A stretch of DNA of 42,070 nt from a virus. Lineage: Duplodnaviria; Caudoviricetes. Position 1 is the first letter of the stretch. Every line of letters starts with the position of its first letter. Where the stretch lies: IMG/VR virus record IMGVR_UViG_3300037483_000641, positions 1 through 42,070 of that record, one strand, 5' to 3'. Below the pieces are notes generated by a model. The model did not search any database, had not been told where the DNA came from, and saw only the letters and a list, made by a program, of their open reading frames with translations. The translations under genes were made by a program, and so were the position numbers. Shown in pieces: positions 17,590-26,305 of the stretch.

Positions 17590-17868
17590 TTACTTCACAG
17601 CAGCTGGTTTGTAAGTCACACCGTCAATGACAACAGACGTGTTAGTATGGCGATTGCCACCGGAACCATGATGTGTGGTAGTAGAAGTTGTCGAAAGTGG
17701 GCAACGAATCACCATCTCGCGGTTTACGCTGTAAGCTTTGCAATCGCTCAGACCAGGCTCTTGATCAATACCAGCCTGAACAGATTTGTACGGAGCGACA
17801 GTTGCAACTCCCGCATCACATCCTACCAAAAACATGATAGCCGCAAACGCCAGTGTCTTTATTTGCAT
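17590..17868 (-). CDS. putative lipoprotein
   Basis: MQIKTLAFAAIMFLVGC lipobox. Confidence 0.7.
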   Translation of the reverse strand: MQIKTLAFAAIMFLVGCDAGVATVAPYKSVQAGIDQEPGLSDCKAYSVNREMVIRCPLSTTSTTTHHGSGGNRHTNTSVVIDGVTYKPAAVK

Positions 17869-18044
17869 GGAACACCACCGCCGTTTTGACCGATGATTTG
17901 ATGGCCGTTGTATGCGAATTGATATCCGGACCGGCATGTATAGCCTTCACCATTCAAACCATTGTACACAGTGATAGCGACAATTGCGACAATTGCGACA
18001 ATTGCGATTATGATTATCAGCTCAATCAGAGTAAAACCTTTCAT
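17859..18044 (-). CDS. type IV prepilin-like small protein
   Basis: MKG/FTLIELIIIIAIVAI class III signal with E+5; C-terminal Cys pair; AGGAG RBS. Confidence 0.8.
   Translation of the reverse strand: MKGFTLIELIIIIAIVAIVAIVAITVYNGLNGEGYTCRSGYQFAYNGHQIIGQNGGGVPCK
17977..18007. repeat. 9-bp tandem repeat (GCGACAATT x3.4) encoding AIV repeats in the pilin helix
   Basis: gcgacaattgcgacaattgcgacaattgcga. Confidence 0.85.
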
Positions 18045-18045
18045 G

Positions 18046-18342
18046 CTAGCTCCTTTTCACGAGGTTGATGTTCAATTCTTTCAGATGACTCCTAGCAACA
18101 AAGGAGACACTGTTTTTGCTTTCAAAGATTCTCATGTCATGCTTATCAGCAAGCTTTTTCAAGACTGACTTGTTATCTTCGAATCTTGATTTGTCTATTT
18201 GCAAATCTTGATCTTCTTCTTTGCACTTTGCAAATACAAAGGCGTCATCTACTTTGATGAACTTCTCCAGAGTAGAGTCCCAGTAGCTGATGGAAGCTTC
18301 CTTTACTTCTGGAGTCTTGCCACCATTTGGTTGATTCTTCAT
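18046..18342 (-). CDS. hypothetical protein
   Basis: GAGGAGG RBS, coupled. Confidence 0.65.
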   Translation of the reverse strand: MKNQPNGGKTPEVKEASISYWDSTLEKFIKVDDAFVFAKCKEEDQDLQIDKSRFEDNKSVLKKLADKHDMRIFESKNSVSFVARSHLKELNINLVKRS

Positions 18343-18572
18343 TTCTTCCTCCTCTTCTTCTCAAGCTTTCTGTACCATGGTGTAGTATCTTCTACTATTC
18401 CGCTTGGCCAATCTGTGGCCAGGTGAGCTCCAACCATGATCGAGAATTTCATCTCTAACTTTTGCTCTTCTGGAATCGCAAGCTGATCAAGGACTTCAAT
18501 CCCAACATTGATCAATGTACGTCTTACGTCGATACCAGCCCCAACGACGATCACTTTAACGTCTTCCACCAC
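18339..18572 (-). CDS. hypothetical protein
   Basis: Coupled ORF. Confidence 0.55.
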   Translation of the reverse strand: MVEDVKVIVVGAGIDVRRTLINVGIEVLDQLAIPEEQKLEMKFSIMVGAHLATDWPSGIVEDTTPWYRKLEKKRRKK

Positions 18573-19302
18573 GGCGCTTCTCCCAATTATAGTCTGCTGA
18601 TGGAGCAGCTACACCTTTAAGATTTGTACACTCTGCGATCTCGGATGAGCTTACGATGAATGACGTATCCTTCAGTCTTCGCTGCGCTTCACAAAATTTC
18701 AGCATTTCGACGATGTCTTGGAAGTCTTTAAATTGAGGACGACCATGAGCTGTCCAGTACACCCGATGGACGGTTACCTTTACCTTCTCAACAGGTTGAG
18801 CCTTGAACCATGCCTTGACAGTGGCAACTGTTGAGCGAACCTTTGACTTCATTACCTGATAAGCTTCCCAGCCGTCCAAGTATGCATGAATGCGATCACT
18901 GTAGTGAACGATCCAGTCGTGTAGCTTCTTGAACCATCCGAGCTGCATAAGAGCAGGTTTGGTCAGTCCGAAGATGTAAGCAAACAAAGCCATTCCAGAC
19001 ACTTTAGCGATGAGGATCACGATCACCCCAAGAATGACATACCCTGATGCGAAGAAGTGCATTCCGAGAATCTTTGCCGGGACGATGAACACATCAGGTA
19101 GCAAAAACACTGCAAGAGCAGGATAAGGTGGCAGAGCATGAACCTTGCTCTCAAGGTAAGCAATTGCCGGGAGGTTGCCAAGCAATGCCATCTTCTTTGC
19201 CGTCCAGTTCCAGATTGCTTCTTCCAAGAGGAAGACTGCAGCAACTAGCCAGGACAGCGGAGCAAAGTACTGCTTCATGGTGTCTTTGAATCGTTCTTTC
19301 AC
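18556..19302 (-). CDS. membrane protein with soluble C-terminal domain
   Basis: Three to four TM segments; first gene after the promoter at 19329-19357. Confidence 0.7.
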   Translation of the reverse strand: MKERFKDTMKQYFAPLSWLVAAVFLLEEAIWNWTAKKMALLGNLPAIAYLESKVHALPPYPALAVFLLPDVFIVPAKILGMHFFASGYVILGVIVILIAKVSGMALFAYIFGLTKPALMQLGWFKKLHDWIVHYSDRIHAYLDGWEAYQVMKSKVRSTVATVKAWFKAQPVEKVKVTVHRVYWTAHGRPQFKDFQDIVEMLKFCEAQRRLKDTSFIVSSSEIAECTNLKGVAAPSADYNWEKRRGGRR

Positions 19303-19328
19303 TTTAACTCCCTTTGTTGTGATGAGTA

Positions 19329-19357
19329 ATTATATCACGAGCATCACCAAAGTAAAC
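19329..19357 (-). promoter_or_regulatory. early promoter GTTTAC-N17-TATAAT
   Basis: Identical over 29 bp to the copy at 21449-21477. Confidence 0.85.
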
Positions 19358-19361
19358 CACT

Positions 19362-20324
19362 TTAGAAGTAGAAGAATTTAGACAATGTGTCTTGGTGGAC
19401 ATGGACGTAATGCCACACCCCGTAAAACATCAACCCGGCAGCTAGAAGCTTTAATCCGAAGGTAAACATCTCCTCAGTCTTGATCTCGATGATCTTGTCA
19501 GCGAAGTAAAACATGATGAAGGCTCCTACCATCGTAGTCAGCTCTCGGATGTTGTAGATTGCAGCCAGACTGCCGAACGTCAAGAAGGTGGCGATCGCTA
19601 ACACGTTCATAGAAAGCACCCGGTGTTCATCATACCATCGGCTAGACAAGATGAGCAACCCGACAAAGCCAGACAAGCTTCCCAACCAGAAGGCTCCCGA
19701 AGCAAACAGAGCAAGGAAAGGATCACTCAAACCAGATGCACGGTACAGCAAAAAGAACGACAACATAAGAATACTCGAGATAGTTCCACGCCAAATTGAA
19801 GCCTTATCATCAAAACCGAATGCGTAGCAAAGCGGAGTAACGACAATCGAGAATCCTAGCAAGCTGATAAGAGATCCAACCGTGATGAATCCTACCGTAG
19901 ACGACGAGAAGTAGACCGCAATAGCTCCCCACACAATTGTGAGAATCGCGAAGAACCTCGTCATGTTTGGCTCGATTTTGCGAATGTTAGCGCTGAAGGC
20001 AAGAGCTACAGGCAGAAGGAGAGATCCAATGATGAGAGTCCAGCTTTGGATGTCTTTCGAGAAGTAATTAGACCCAATAACGAGAGTGATGACAGTCGTC
20101 CAGATCAGCGTTTCCAAAAAGCCAGTCATCTCTAACAAGATCTTAAAGAGGCCTTGGAAGATGAAGATGAGAGCAACAGAGAGCAGTGTAACTCCGATCA
20201 TCCAAATGAAGTTCTCGAAGTTCACATATCCGGCGACACGCTGTAGTGTAGTGAGGTCTGGGCATGTGTCAGCCCAAGCCAAAGACGGTAGAAATATTAG
20301 ACTTGCTAGTAGCTTTAGCATCAT
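19362..20324 (-). CDS. polytopic membrane protein
   Basis: Signal peptide (MMLKLL...LAWA) and about 10 hydrophobic segments. Confidence 0.75.
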   Translation of the reverse strand: MMLKLLASLIFLPSLAWADTCPDLTTLQRVAGYVNFENFIWMIGVTLLSVALIFIFQGLFKILLEMTGFLETLIWTTVITLVIGSNYFSKDIQSWTLIIGSLLLPVALAFSANIRKIEPNMTRFFAILTIVWGAIAVYFSSSTVGFITVGSLISLLGFSIVVTPLCYAFGFDDKASIWRGTISSILMLSFFLLYRASGLSDPFLALFASGAFWLGSLSGFVGLLILSSRWYDEHRVLSMNVLAIATFLTFGSLAAIYNIRELTTMVGAFIMFYFADKIIEIKTEEMFTFGLKLLAAGLMFYGVWHYVHVHQDTLSKFFYF

Positions 20325-20331
20325 TTCCCTT

Positions 20332-20784
20332 TCATGTAGACAGTAGAGCATTTTGAATTTCTTGTGCTTTTGATCGACGACCATTCCGATGGCCATCTTC
20401 GTAAGATTCTTTGATCATCTCATCGATCAAGTTAAAGTTGGTCGATAGAGACGTCACGATCAAACTCTTTAGATACTTACGTAGAGCAAGCTTTGTTCCT
20501 AGCAATACCCTGCGGCCAGCTTTGTCGAGATTTTTGTCATACTGACGAGGTTTTATCTTGTCAACATATGCTTTTATCTTAGCGTATGCTGTAGGATCAG
20601 TGATGAAGACTTCCAGCTTGTGATACTTGATGCTGTAGAACTTCACATTCACACCGAAAGAGTTTGATCCGCCGTGCATTAAGCCGAAGAAGTAGTTTTG
20701 AATCTCGCTATCGTAGCATCCGAAGACGATCATTGACGAGTAGCCACCCTTGAACGAGGGTCCGATGTAAGTGTCTTTGTTCAT
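20332..20784 (-). CDS. hypothetical protein
   Basis: GGAG RBS before MNKDTY. Confidence 0.65.
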   Translation of the reverse strand: MNKDTYIGPSFKGGYSSMIVFGCYDSEIQNYFFGLMHGGSNSFGVNVKFYSIKYHKLEVFITDPTAYAKIKAYVDKIKPRQYDKNLDKAGRRVLLGTKLALRKYLKSLIVTSLSTNFNLIDEMIKESYEDGHRNGRRSKAQEIQNALLST

Positions 20785-20972
20785 TATTGTTTCTCCCAGA
20801 TGACATAGCAGAAGGGACGAACCCAACCTTTGACATGCTTCAGCAACATATCGTTGTGAACTTTGGCCAGGATGAGGTCAGTGTAGACGTACTTTTGTAC
20901 CATGATCTCGAACAGCCCGAGGAACATGACCTTGTTTTGATAGCGAGTTATCTTTGGTTGGTTACCGTGCAT
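20784..20972 (-). CDS. hypothetical protein (possibly the frameshifted 3' part of a gene starting at 21022)
   Basis: TAATG-coupled to the next gene. Confidence 0.45.
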   Translation of the reverse strand: MHGNQPKITRYQNKVMFLGLFEIMVQKYVYTDLILAKVHNDMLLKHVKGWVRPFCYVIWEKQ

Positions 20973-20993
20973 GAAAAAACGTTGTCACCGGTC

Positions 20994-21173
20994 TTAGAAT
21001 TCTGCGTTACAGAGATTTGCATCGTTGGTCTCCAGTTTAGCTTCTTGGCGGGCGGTCTTGCGGTGAGCACGATCAACGATGTGACGGCAGTTCTTCTTTT
21101 CACCGGACTTTGTAGTGCAGCAACCGTATTTGCAGGTGCTTTTATCGTAGCGGCTGTGGCCGTATGCTTTCAT
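20994..21173 (-). CDS. small Cys/basic protein (59 aa, not in ORF track)
   Basis: MKAYGHSRYDKSTCKYGCC...; GAGG RBS. Confidence 0.65.
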   Translation of the reverse strand: MKAYGHSRYDKSTCKYGCCTTKSGEKKNCRHIVDRAHRKTARQEAKLETNDANLCNAEF

Positions 21174-21182
21174 CTTTACCTC

Positions 21183-21419
21183 TCAGTCAATTAGTTCGAT
21201 GGTCACTTTAAATGCTTTAAGATCGGCTGTGATAAGTTTGCGGTAGTATGCACACAGCTTTCCGGAAGTCAGTACAGCTTCATACCGGCCTTTCACTACA
21301 TTTGAGAACTCATAGACAGCTTGTGTCCATAACCCGTTGCGAGAAATCACGCGGAAACGACGACCGGGATTGCTTGCAACAAATTTTTCAAGATCTTTCA
21401 TTGTAGCAATGTTGGTCAT
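21183..21419 (-). CDS. hypothetical early protein
   Basis: First gene after the promoter at 21449-21477. Confidence 0.7.
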   Translation of the reverse strand: MTNIATMKDLEKFVASNPGRRFRVISRNGLWTQAVYEFSNVVKGRYEAVLTSGKLCAYYRKLITADLKAFKVTIELID

Positions 21420-21448
21420 AAGATTCCTAGTTGATTTACGATGGAGAA

Positions 21449-21477
21449 ATTATATCACGAGCATCACCAAAGTAAAC
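21449..21477 (-). promoter_or_regulatory. early promoter GTTTAC-N17-TATAAT
   Basis: Exact motif. Confidence 0.85.
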
Positions 21478-21489
21478 TCTTTTGTTATG

Positions 21490-21523
21490 AATAAGCCGCG
21501 ACTATCACTAGTCGCGGCTTATT
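21490..21523 (-). terminator. intrinsic terminator-like hairpin
   Basis: AATAAGCCGCGACTA-tcac-TAGTCGCGGCTTATT (15-bp stem) just after the AAA gene stop. Confidence 0.8.
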
Positions 21524-21531
21524 GTAAACGC

Positions 21532-22566
21532 TTACGCGTTTTCTGTCAGGAGGTAAGTACCCAGACGTTTCCAATCCGGGCTGCCAGACTTGCGGATAGT
21601 GATGAGGTTCATCAGCGAGCGGAAGTTAACGTCGTCGGTGACGTTGATGTTCTCTTCTAGCAGGTCCAAAGCCTCGATCTTCATCGTCATGTCAACGTCT
21701 GGCATCACATGGTTCAGCACGGAGCGCATGCGTTGGATGCTTTGTGCCTTGGTCATGGTCAAATCAACCTTAAAGCAGCGTGTGCGGATTGCTTCGTCCA
21801 ATTCGTCCAGTCTCATGTTCGAGATGAACATGACCTTGCCGGTAAACTTGAAGGTTGTCGGAATGTCGGACTCGCCGAACATTTGATCTTTTGCCCAGGA
21901 CACCCAGCGCTCTTCGTAAGAATCCAGAGCAGCTTTGAGCAGCGAGATGCAGGTACCGTCTTTCAAAACTTTGTCGCAGTCATCAAAGATGATAGTGCGG
22001 TCACGGTAGTCATACATCAAACGGTACAGAGCTTTTGCAGTGATGTACCCCTTGACGACGACGTAGTCACCCTTGGGACGAGTGATTTGTTTGATGATCT
22101 TGCCTTCGATCTCTTCATCTTCATCGTCGGGAGTGATCTCTTGCAGATCGTCGATCGACGGCAGAACGTCATTGACATTGACCTTGCCGGCTTTGCGCAG
22201 TACATCCATGACGGTGTAAGATTTACCGACACCGCCGCGGCCGGTAATGGCGAGAGATTTAGCATCGCCTTCAACTACCAACATGATCAGCTCTTCGAGG
22301 AATTGAAAACGCTCTTCGATGTCGAATGTCGGAACGACAGAGGCGATCTCGTTACCGGCTTGATCGGTGATCTTGAAGCCGGGAGTAGACGGTTCAGCAG
22401 TAACCAGTTCAGCCGAAGTAACTTTTGCCTTGATGATGGCAGAATGCTTTTGCTGAACAACGAGGTAGTTCAGATACTCATGACGTTTGGAGGAGACCAG
22501 GGTTTTGCCGTTTGCTACAAGGTGATACTTGTTTTTATTTGCATCCCAGATTATCGAGGCCTTCAT
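21532..22566 (-). CDS. AAA+ ATPase
   Basis: Walker A GRGGVGKS, Walker B IIFDD, FISN, AIRTR; start moved to 22566 because the promoter at 22601-22629 lies in the longer ORF. Confidence 0.85.
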   Translation of the reverse strand: MKASIIWDANKNKYHLVANGKTLVSSKRHEYLNYLVVQQKHSAIIKAKVTSAELVTAEPSTPGFKITDQAGNEIASVVPTFDIEERFQFLEELIMLVVEGDAKSLAITGRGGVGKSYTVMDVLRKAGKVNVNDVLPSIDDLQEITPDDEDEEIEGKIIKQITRPKGDYVVVKGYITAKALYRLMYDYRDRTIIFDDCDKVLKDGTCISLLKAALDSYEERWVSWAKDQMFGESDIPTTFKFTGKVMFISNMRLDELDEAIRTRCFKVDLTMTKAQSIQRMRSVLNHVMPDVDMTMKIEALDLLEENINVTDDVNFRSLMNLITIRKSGSPDWKRLGTYLLTENA

Positions 22567-22600
22567 CGTTTGGTTTCCTATGTTGTTTGACGATAGTGAA

Positions 22601-22629
22601 ATTATATCATGAGACTCATGAAAGTAAAC
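22601..22629 (-). promoter_or_regulatory. early promoter GTTTAC-N17-TATAAT
   Basis: Exact motif. Confidence 0.85.
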
Positions 22630-22690
22630 ACATTTGTTCAAGCATGAGTAACTTTTTCTTATGCTCACTCATGCTTGCATAAATACATTC

Positions 22691-23125
22691 ATGAAACTTT
22701 CTGAGATTGTTAACAAGACAGCCGATGTAGTCTATCACTGCACCAATTACGAGGCAGCAGTGAACATTCTAAATCATGACTACTTTAGGTCTACGAAGGG
22801 TAAAACTTTGAAGGGATTGTCAACGACTACTGACAAGAATTACTTTTGGGGTAGCTCAGATGTTAGATTTGTTTTAGATCTTGATAAGTTGAAGAAAGAC
22901 TATAAGATTGAAGAGACCGATGAACAGCTTAAATCCGGTGGAAACCACTTAGATGAATCAGAGTTGGTAGTAGTCTCTGACGGAGCTATCACTAGTGCCC
23001 ATAAGTACATCATTGAAATTCAGCATACTCCAAAGAAAAGCCTTGAACATGGTGCTTTGTTTAGAGCTCTAGAACCGTATTGTGAAAAGTACAACATCAA
23101 ATATAGCGTATTACAGAAAGACTGA
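22691..23125 (+). CDS. putative ADP-ribosyltransferase-fold protein
   Basis: VYHCT...IL, GLSTTT, VRFVLD, DESE pattern; ATAAATA box at 22679-22685. Confidence 0.5.
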   Translation: MKLSEIVNKTADVVYHCTNYEAAVNILNHDYFRSTKGKTLKGLSTTTDKNYFWGSSDVRFVLDLDKLKKDYKIEETDEQLKSGGNHLDESELVVVSDGAITSAHKYIIEIQHTPKKSLEHGALFRALEPYCEKYNIKYSVLQKD

Positions 23126-23155
23126 AGCCCCGAAAGATTTCTCTGTCAGGGCTTC
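23124..23155. terminator. hairpin between convergent genes
   Basis: On the - strand GAAGCCCUGA-C-AGA-GAAA-UCU-U-UCGGGGCUUC with a GNRA loop. Confidence 0.7.
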
Positions 23156-23186
23156 GAATGCTCTTCCTACGCGTGGCAGGTGAGTC

Positions 23187-23435
23187 TTACTTAATAAACT
23201 TTTCTACCTTTTCCCAATTATTCTTTACCCACTCAGCAACGTCGCTCGCAAATACTACGCTAGAAGGCAAAGAAATTCTTTCACGATCTCCGTGCTTTGC
23301 TGCTATCATGAGAAATTTCTTACCGTTGAATACTGTCCACCACATTAGACCAGATTCGCCGTTGACAACTAAACCACCACGTTCTGCTGTCCTAACATCA
23401 GGAACTGACTCTTTTAGAAAATCTTTGAGCTTCAT
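23187..23435 (-). CDS. possible internal head protein
   Basis: MKLKDFLKES N-terminus; late operon. Confidence 0.65.
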   Translation of the reverse strand: MKLKDFLKESVPDVRTAERGGLVVNGESGLMWWTVFNGKKFLMIAAKHGDRERISLPSSVVFASDVAEWVKNNWEKVEKFIK

Positions 23436-23980
23436 TACTTCTCCAGTTTCTGCTTGAATTCACCAGACATGTTGGTAATATAGTCCATCTTATCATGACC
23501 AGACATGTCTAACTTGTCACGAACATGCCCAATCAGAGTATCAAGACGCTCTTCGAGCTCATCTTTAGTGAACTCAAATTCAGGATCTTCATCGTCTTTA
23601 CCACGATTGTACTTGGTCTGATCATGCACGAGCTGAGTGTAAGCTACACGAACGAGAGTTGGCATGATGGCCGAAACAATGTCATGAGCATCAACGCGAT
23701 CAGGATCAAGCTTGATCACATCGACGTCATTGAACAGATCTTTGGCTTCAGTCAAAGATTCTTTGACAAATGGGATCGGTTCCCACTTTTTTGTGTAGCC
23801 ATTCTGTGGCAGTTTTTGGTTGCTAGATGGCAAAACTACATGCTTTTTCTCGTCATACACGTTAGATTTGAATGCAGCGCCTGATGAGCTAAAGCTTTGG
23901 ACAGTTTTGCCAGTTTCTCTATCAATAATAAGAAACTTCTGGGCAGCCTCAGTAACAAATTCAGAAAATTTTGTGCTCAT
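23435..23980 (-). CDS. possible internal head protein
   Basis: MSTKFSEFVTEA N-terminus and internal VKESLTEA. Confidence 0.65.
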   Translation of the reverse strand: MSTKFSEFVTEAAQKFLIIDRETGKTVQSFSSSGAAFKSNVYDEKKHVVLPSSNQKLPQNGYTKKWEPIPFVKESLTEAKDLFNDVDVIKLDPDRVDAHDIVSAIMPTLVRVAYTQLVHDQTKYNRGKDDEDPEFEFTKDELEERLDTLIGHVRDKLDMSGHDKMDYITNMSGEFKQKLEK

Positions 23981-24405
23981 ACTCGATTCTCCAGATCTTT
24001 CTTCAAAGTAGGATCGATCTTTTTGATCAAACCTTCTACTTCTTCCATCGTAGCGCTGTCGTAGTCAATACCTTGCATTCTACGAGCAGAATATCCGGTT
24101 GGATGATTCATCTCATCAGCAAAGTAGTCACAGATGACGTTACTGACAGCTTCAAGAGTCTTCTGCAGTTCATCTTCAATCTCATCCATATCGGTTGAGG
24201 TGTTGAAAGCATTGTGCAGATTATCAAACTGAGGAGTCCAGAAGCTGTCAGTAGTACGAGCAAGCTCCTGAGCATAAGACGTGTGAAACGTCGAGTTCAA
24301 TGCCTTTAACTTCTTGATCACGAAGTCGAAGATGATCTGCTGCATTACACCGAGATGAACTCCTTCGGCGAGAGTTGGTTCTTCAAATAGGTCTTTGACT
24401 TTCAT
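23977..24405 (-). CDS. possible internal head protein
   Basis: MKVKDLFEEPTLAEG; ATAAATA box at 24432-24438. Confidence 0.65.
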   Translation of the reverse strand: MKVKDLFEEPTLAEGVHLGVMQQIIFDFVIKKLKALNSTFHTSYAQELARTTDSFWTPQFDNLHNAFNTSTDMDEIEDELQKTLEAVSNVICDYFADEMNHPTGYSARRMQGIDYDSATMEEVEGLIKKIDPTLKKDLENRV

Positions 24406-24444
24406 GTGTGGTCCTCACAAATAGGCAGTTCTATTTATGAGTAC

Positions 24445-25092
24445 TCACTCGTGATGATCAACAGGTTGAGTCTTCTTCGTTGACATGATCTTCTCAACCT
24501 CATCATAGCTGATGGGAGTAAGACCGTGTGGGTCGGCACCGACGTCAAGGATCTTCCCCTCGATTGGGTACTTCAGACCGCCGTGGGAATGGCCGTGCAG
24601 CATCCAAGAACCACGATGGCTCTTATTCCAGACCAGCATCGCGTAATGGCTCATGACCATCATCTGGTCACCAACCTTAAGCTCGTAGTAGTCACAGCAC
24701 TTCACGAACCTGGAGCGAAGCTCTGCACTTTGCTTGATCGTTTTGTCATGATTACCGAAGATCAGGAACTTCTGACCGTGGAGCCGATCTAGCATCCTCG
24801 CGGCTTTGTCAGCTTCACAGAACAGAACGTCGCCGAGATGGTAGACAGTATCACCCGGTTTGACTTTGTCATTCCAATTAGCGATCATCTTCTCGTCCAT
24901 TCTGTCAACTGCTTTAGCAAGCAGTGAGAGATAGCCGCTCTTGATGACTCGAAGGTTTGAAGCGTTGGTCTTCTGAGCCTTGTCAAGATCTGCTTTTGCA
25001 TTGAGCAGAGCAGCATCTGCAAACGGACGCTTGCAGTACCAGATGATGTTGCCGTGACTGAGGTGGGTGTCACTTGTAAAGTGGATTGTCAT
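24445..25092 (-). CDS. calcineurin-like metallophosphoesterase
   Basis: SDTHLSH, HLGD, GNHD, SHY, HGHSH motifs; ~35-aa helical insert. Confidence 0.9.
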   Translation of the reverse strand: MTIHFTSDTHLSHGNIIWYCKRPFADAALLNAKADLDKAQKTNASNLRVIKSGYLSLLAKAVDRMDEKMIANWNDKVKPGDTVYHLGDVLFCEADKAARMLDRLHGQKFLIFGNHDKTIKQSAELRSRFVKCCDYYELKVGDQMMVMSHYAMLVWNKSHRGSWMLHGHSHGGLKYPIEGKILDVGADPHGLTPISYDEVEKIMSTKKTQPVDHHE

Positions 25093-25200
25093 TTCTTTCT
25101 CACAGTTCTATGATGTTGTAACGGCACGGAGTGATGATCTGCGCCTTGTTCTTAAGGGTAGAAGTCCAGCAATTTCTATGAAGAAAATCGGCATGGAGTA

Positions 25201-25229
25201 ATTATATCACGAGCATCTAAGAAGTAAAC
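25201..25229 (-). promoter_or_regulatory. early promoter GTTTAC-N17-TATAAT
   Basis: Exact motif. Confidence 0.85.
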
Positions 25230-25232
25230 ACT

Positions 25233-26249
25233 TTAGTGATCTTGATTCCAGTTTCTAAGGTAAGTTATTAGCTCTACGATGCCGTCATCAAGTTTAGTCA
25301 TGCTCTTGCTGATCTCAGGAGCAATTCGAGATAGTCTCTCTAGAGATGGAAGAGAGTGCTTGATGTCTCCTATCGCGGACGGTCCGTGGGTGATCTCTGA
25401 GAGATTTCCCGTAGCAGACTTGATCATCTCTGCCAGTTCATTTATCGAGGTTGAATCTACTCCAACACAACCGACGTTCACCAGATAGTGATGATCAACT
25501 ATATCACTGAAGCCTTCTTCTCCGAGGAGGGCTGCCACGTTAATTCTAGCAACATCTTTGACGTTAACAAAGTTTCTCGTCTGCTTTCCATCACCAAAGA
25601 TCGTGATTGGTTGCTGTGTCAGAGCCCGATCGATGAATTTACCGATCACTCCTGCATAGTCAGACTTTGGGTCTTGACGTGGGCCGTAGACGTTGAAGTA
25701 TCGCAAGCCGATGACTGGGAACTTGTAGAGTGAGGCAAATGTACTAGCGTAGAGATCATTGGCCGTCTTGTCGGCCGCATACGGAGACAACGGCATTCTC
25801 ATACCACGGCTTTCTTCTTGGATGCCGACCCAAGATCCGTAGACCGCAGCAGATGATGCATAGACCAAACGTTTCTTGTAGATCTTACAGGCATAGAGAA
25901 CGTTGAAAAATCCTCTCATGTTTCGATCAAATGACTCTTCGGGTACTTCAACAGATTGTTTGACTGAAACAAGAGCAGCAAGGTGCAGAACTGCATCTAC
26001 TTTATCTACCAACTTATAGATGAGATAAAGATCCTCGTCGCTTCCATCTACTCTTAAACCTTCCCAGAGCTCGATCGGATGATCATCTATTACTGACGAT
26101 AGACCTGCATCAAATAATCCTTGCTCCAATTTTTGGATACTACCAGTGGACATGTCATCGACGATGACTACTTCATGGCCTTTCTGAATGAGCAGAGCAA
26201 CCGTGTGACTACCGATGAATCCACAACCACCTGTGACTAGAATTTTCAT
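25233..26249 (-). CDS. NAD-dependent NDP-sugar epimerase/dehydratase (GalE/WbpP-like)
   Basis: TGGCGFIGSH, HLAA, YASSAAVYG, YAADK (YxxxK), RYFNVYGPRQ. Confidence 0.92.
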   Translation of the reverse strand: MKILVTGGCGFIGSHTVALLIQKGHEVVIVDDMSTGSIQKLEQGLFDAGLSSVIDDHPIELWEGLRVDGSDEDLYLIYKLVDKVDAVLHLAALVSVKQSVEVPEESFDRNMRGFFNVLYACKIYKKRLVYASSAAVYGSWVGIQEESRGMRMPLSPYAADKTANDLYASTFASLYKFPVIGLRYFNVYGPRQDPKSDYAGVIGKFIDRALTQQPITIFGDGKQTRNFVNVKDVARINVAALLGEEGFSDIVDHHYLVNVGCVGVDSTSINELAEMIKSATGNLSEITHGPSAIGDIKHSLPSLERLSRIAPEISKSMTKLDDGIVELITYLRNWNQDH

Positions 26250-26305
26250 GATGCGATCCCTCAAAAGAAACATTGTAATTCTTCTGAGGGATCGTGTATA
26301 TTTAC

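Noticed and set aside
21709-22590. Long + strand ORFs (293 aa here; also 7264-7863, 5586-6131, 13471-14022, 32924-33448)
   Set aside because: Antisense shadows of well-supported - strand genes; no RBS, promoter or motifs.
23124-23160. CUGACAGA/GAAA as a hammerhead ribozyme core
   Set aside because: No stem II between the elements and no three-way junction; a simple GNRA hairpin explains it.
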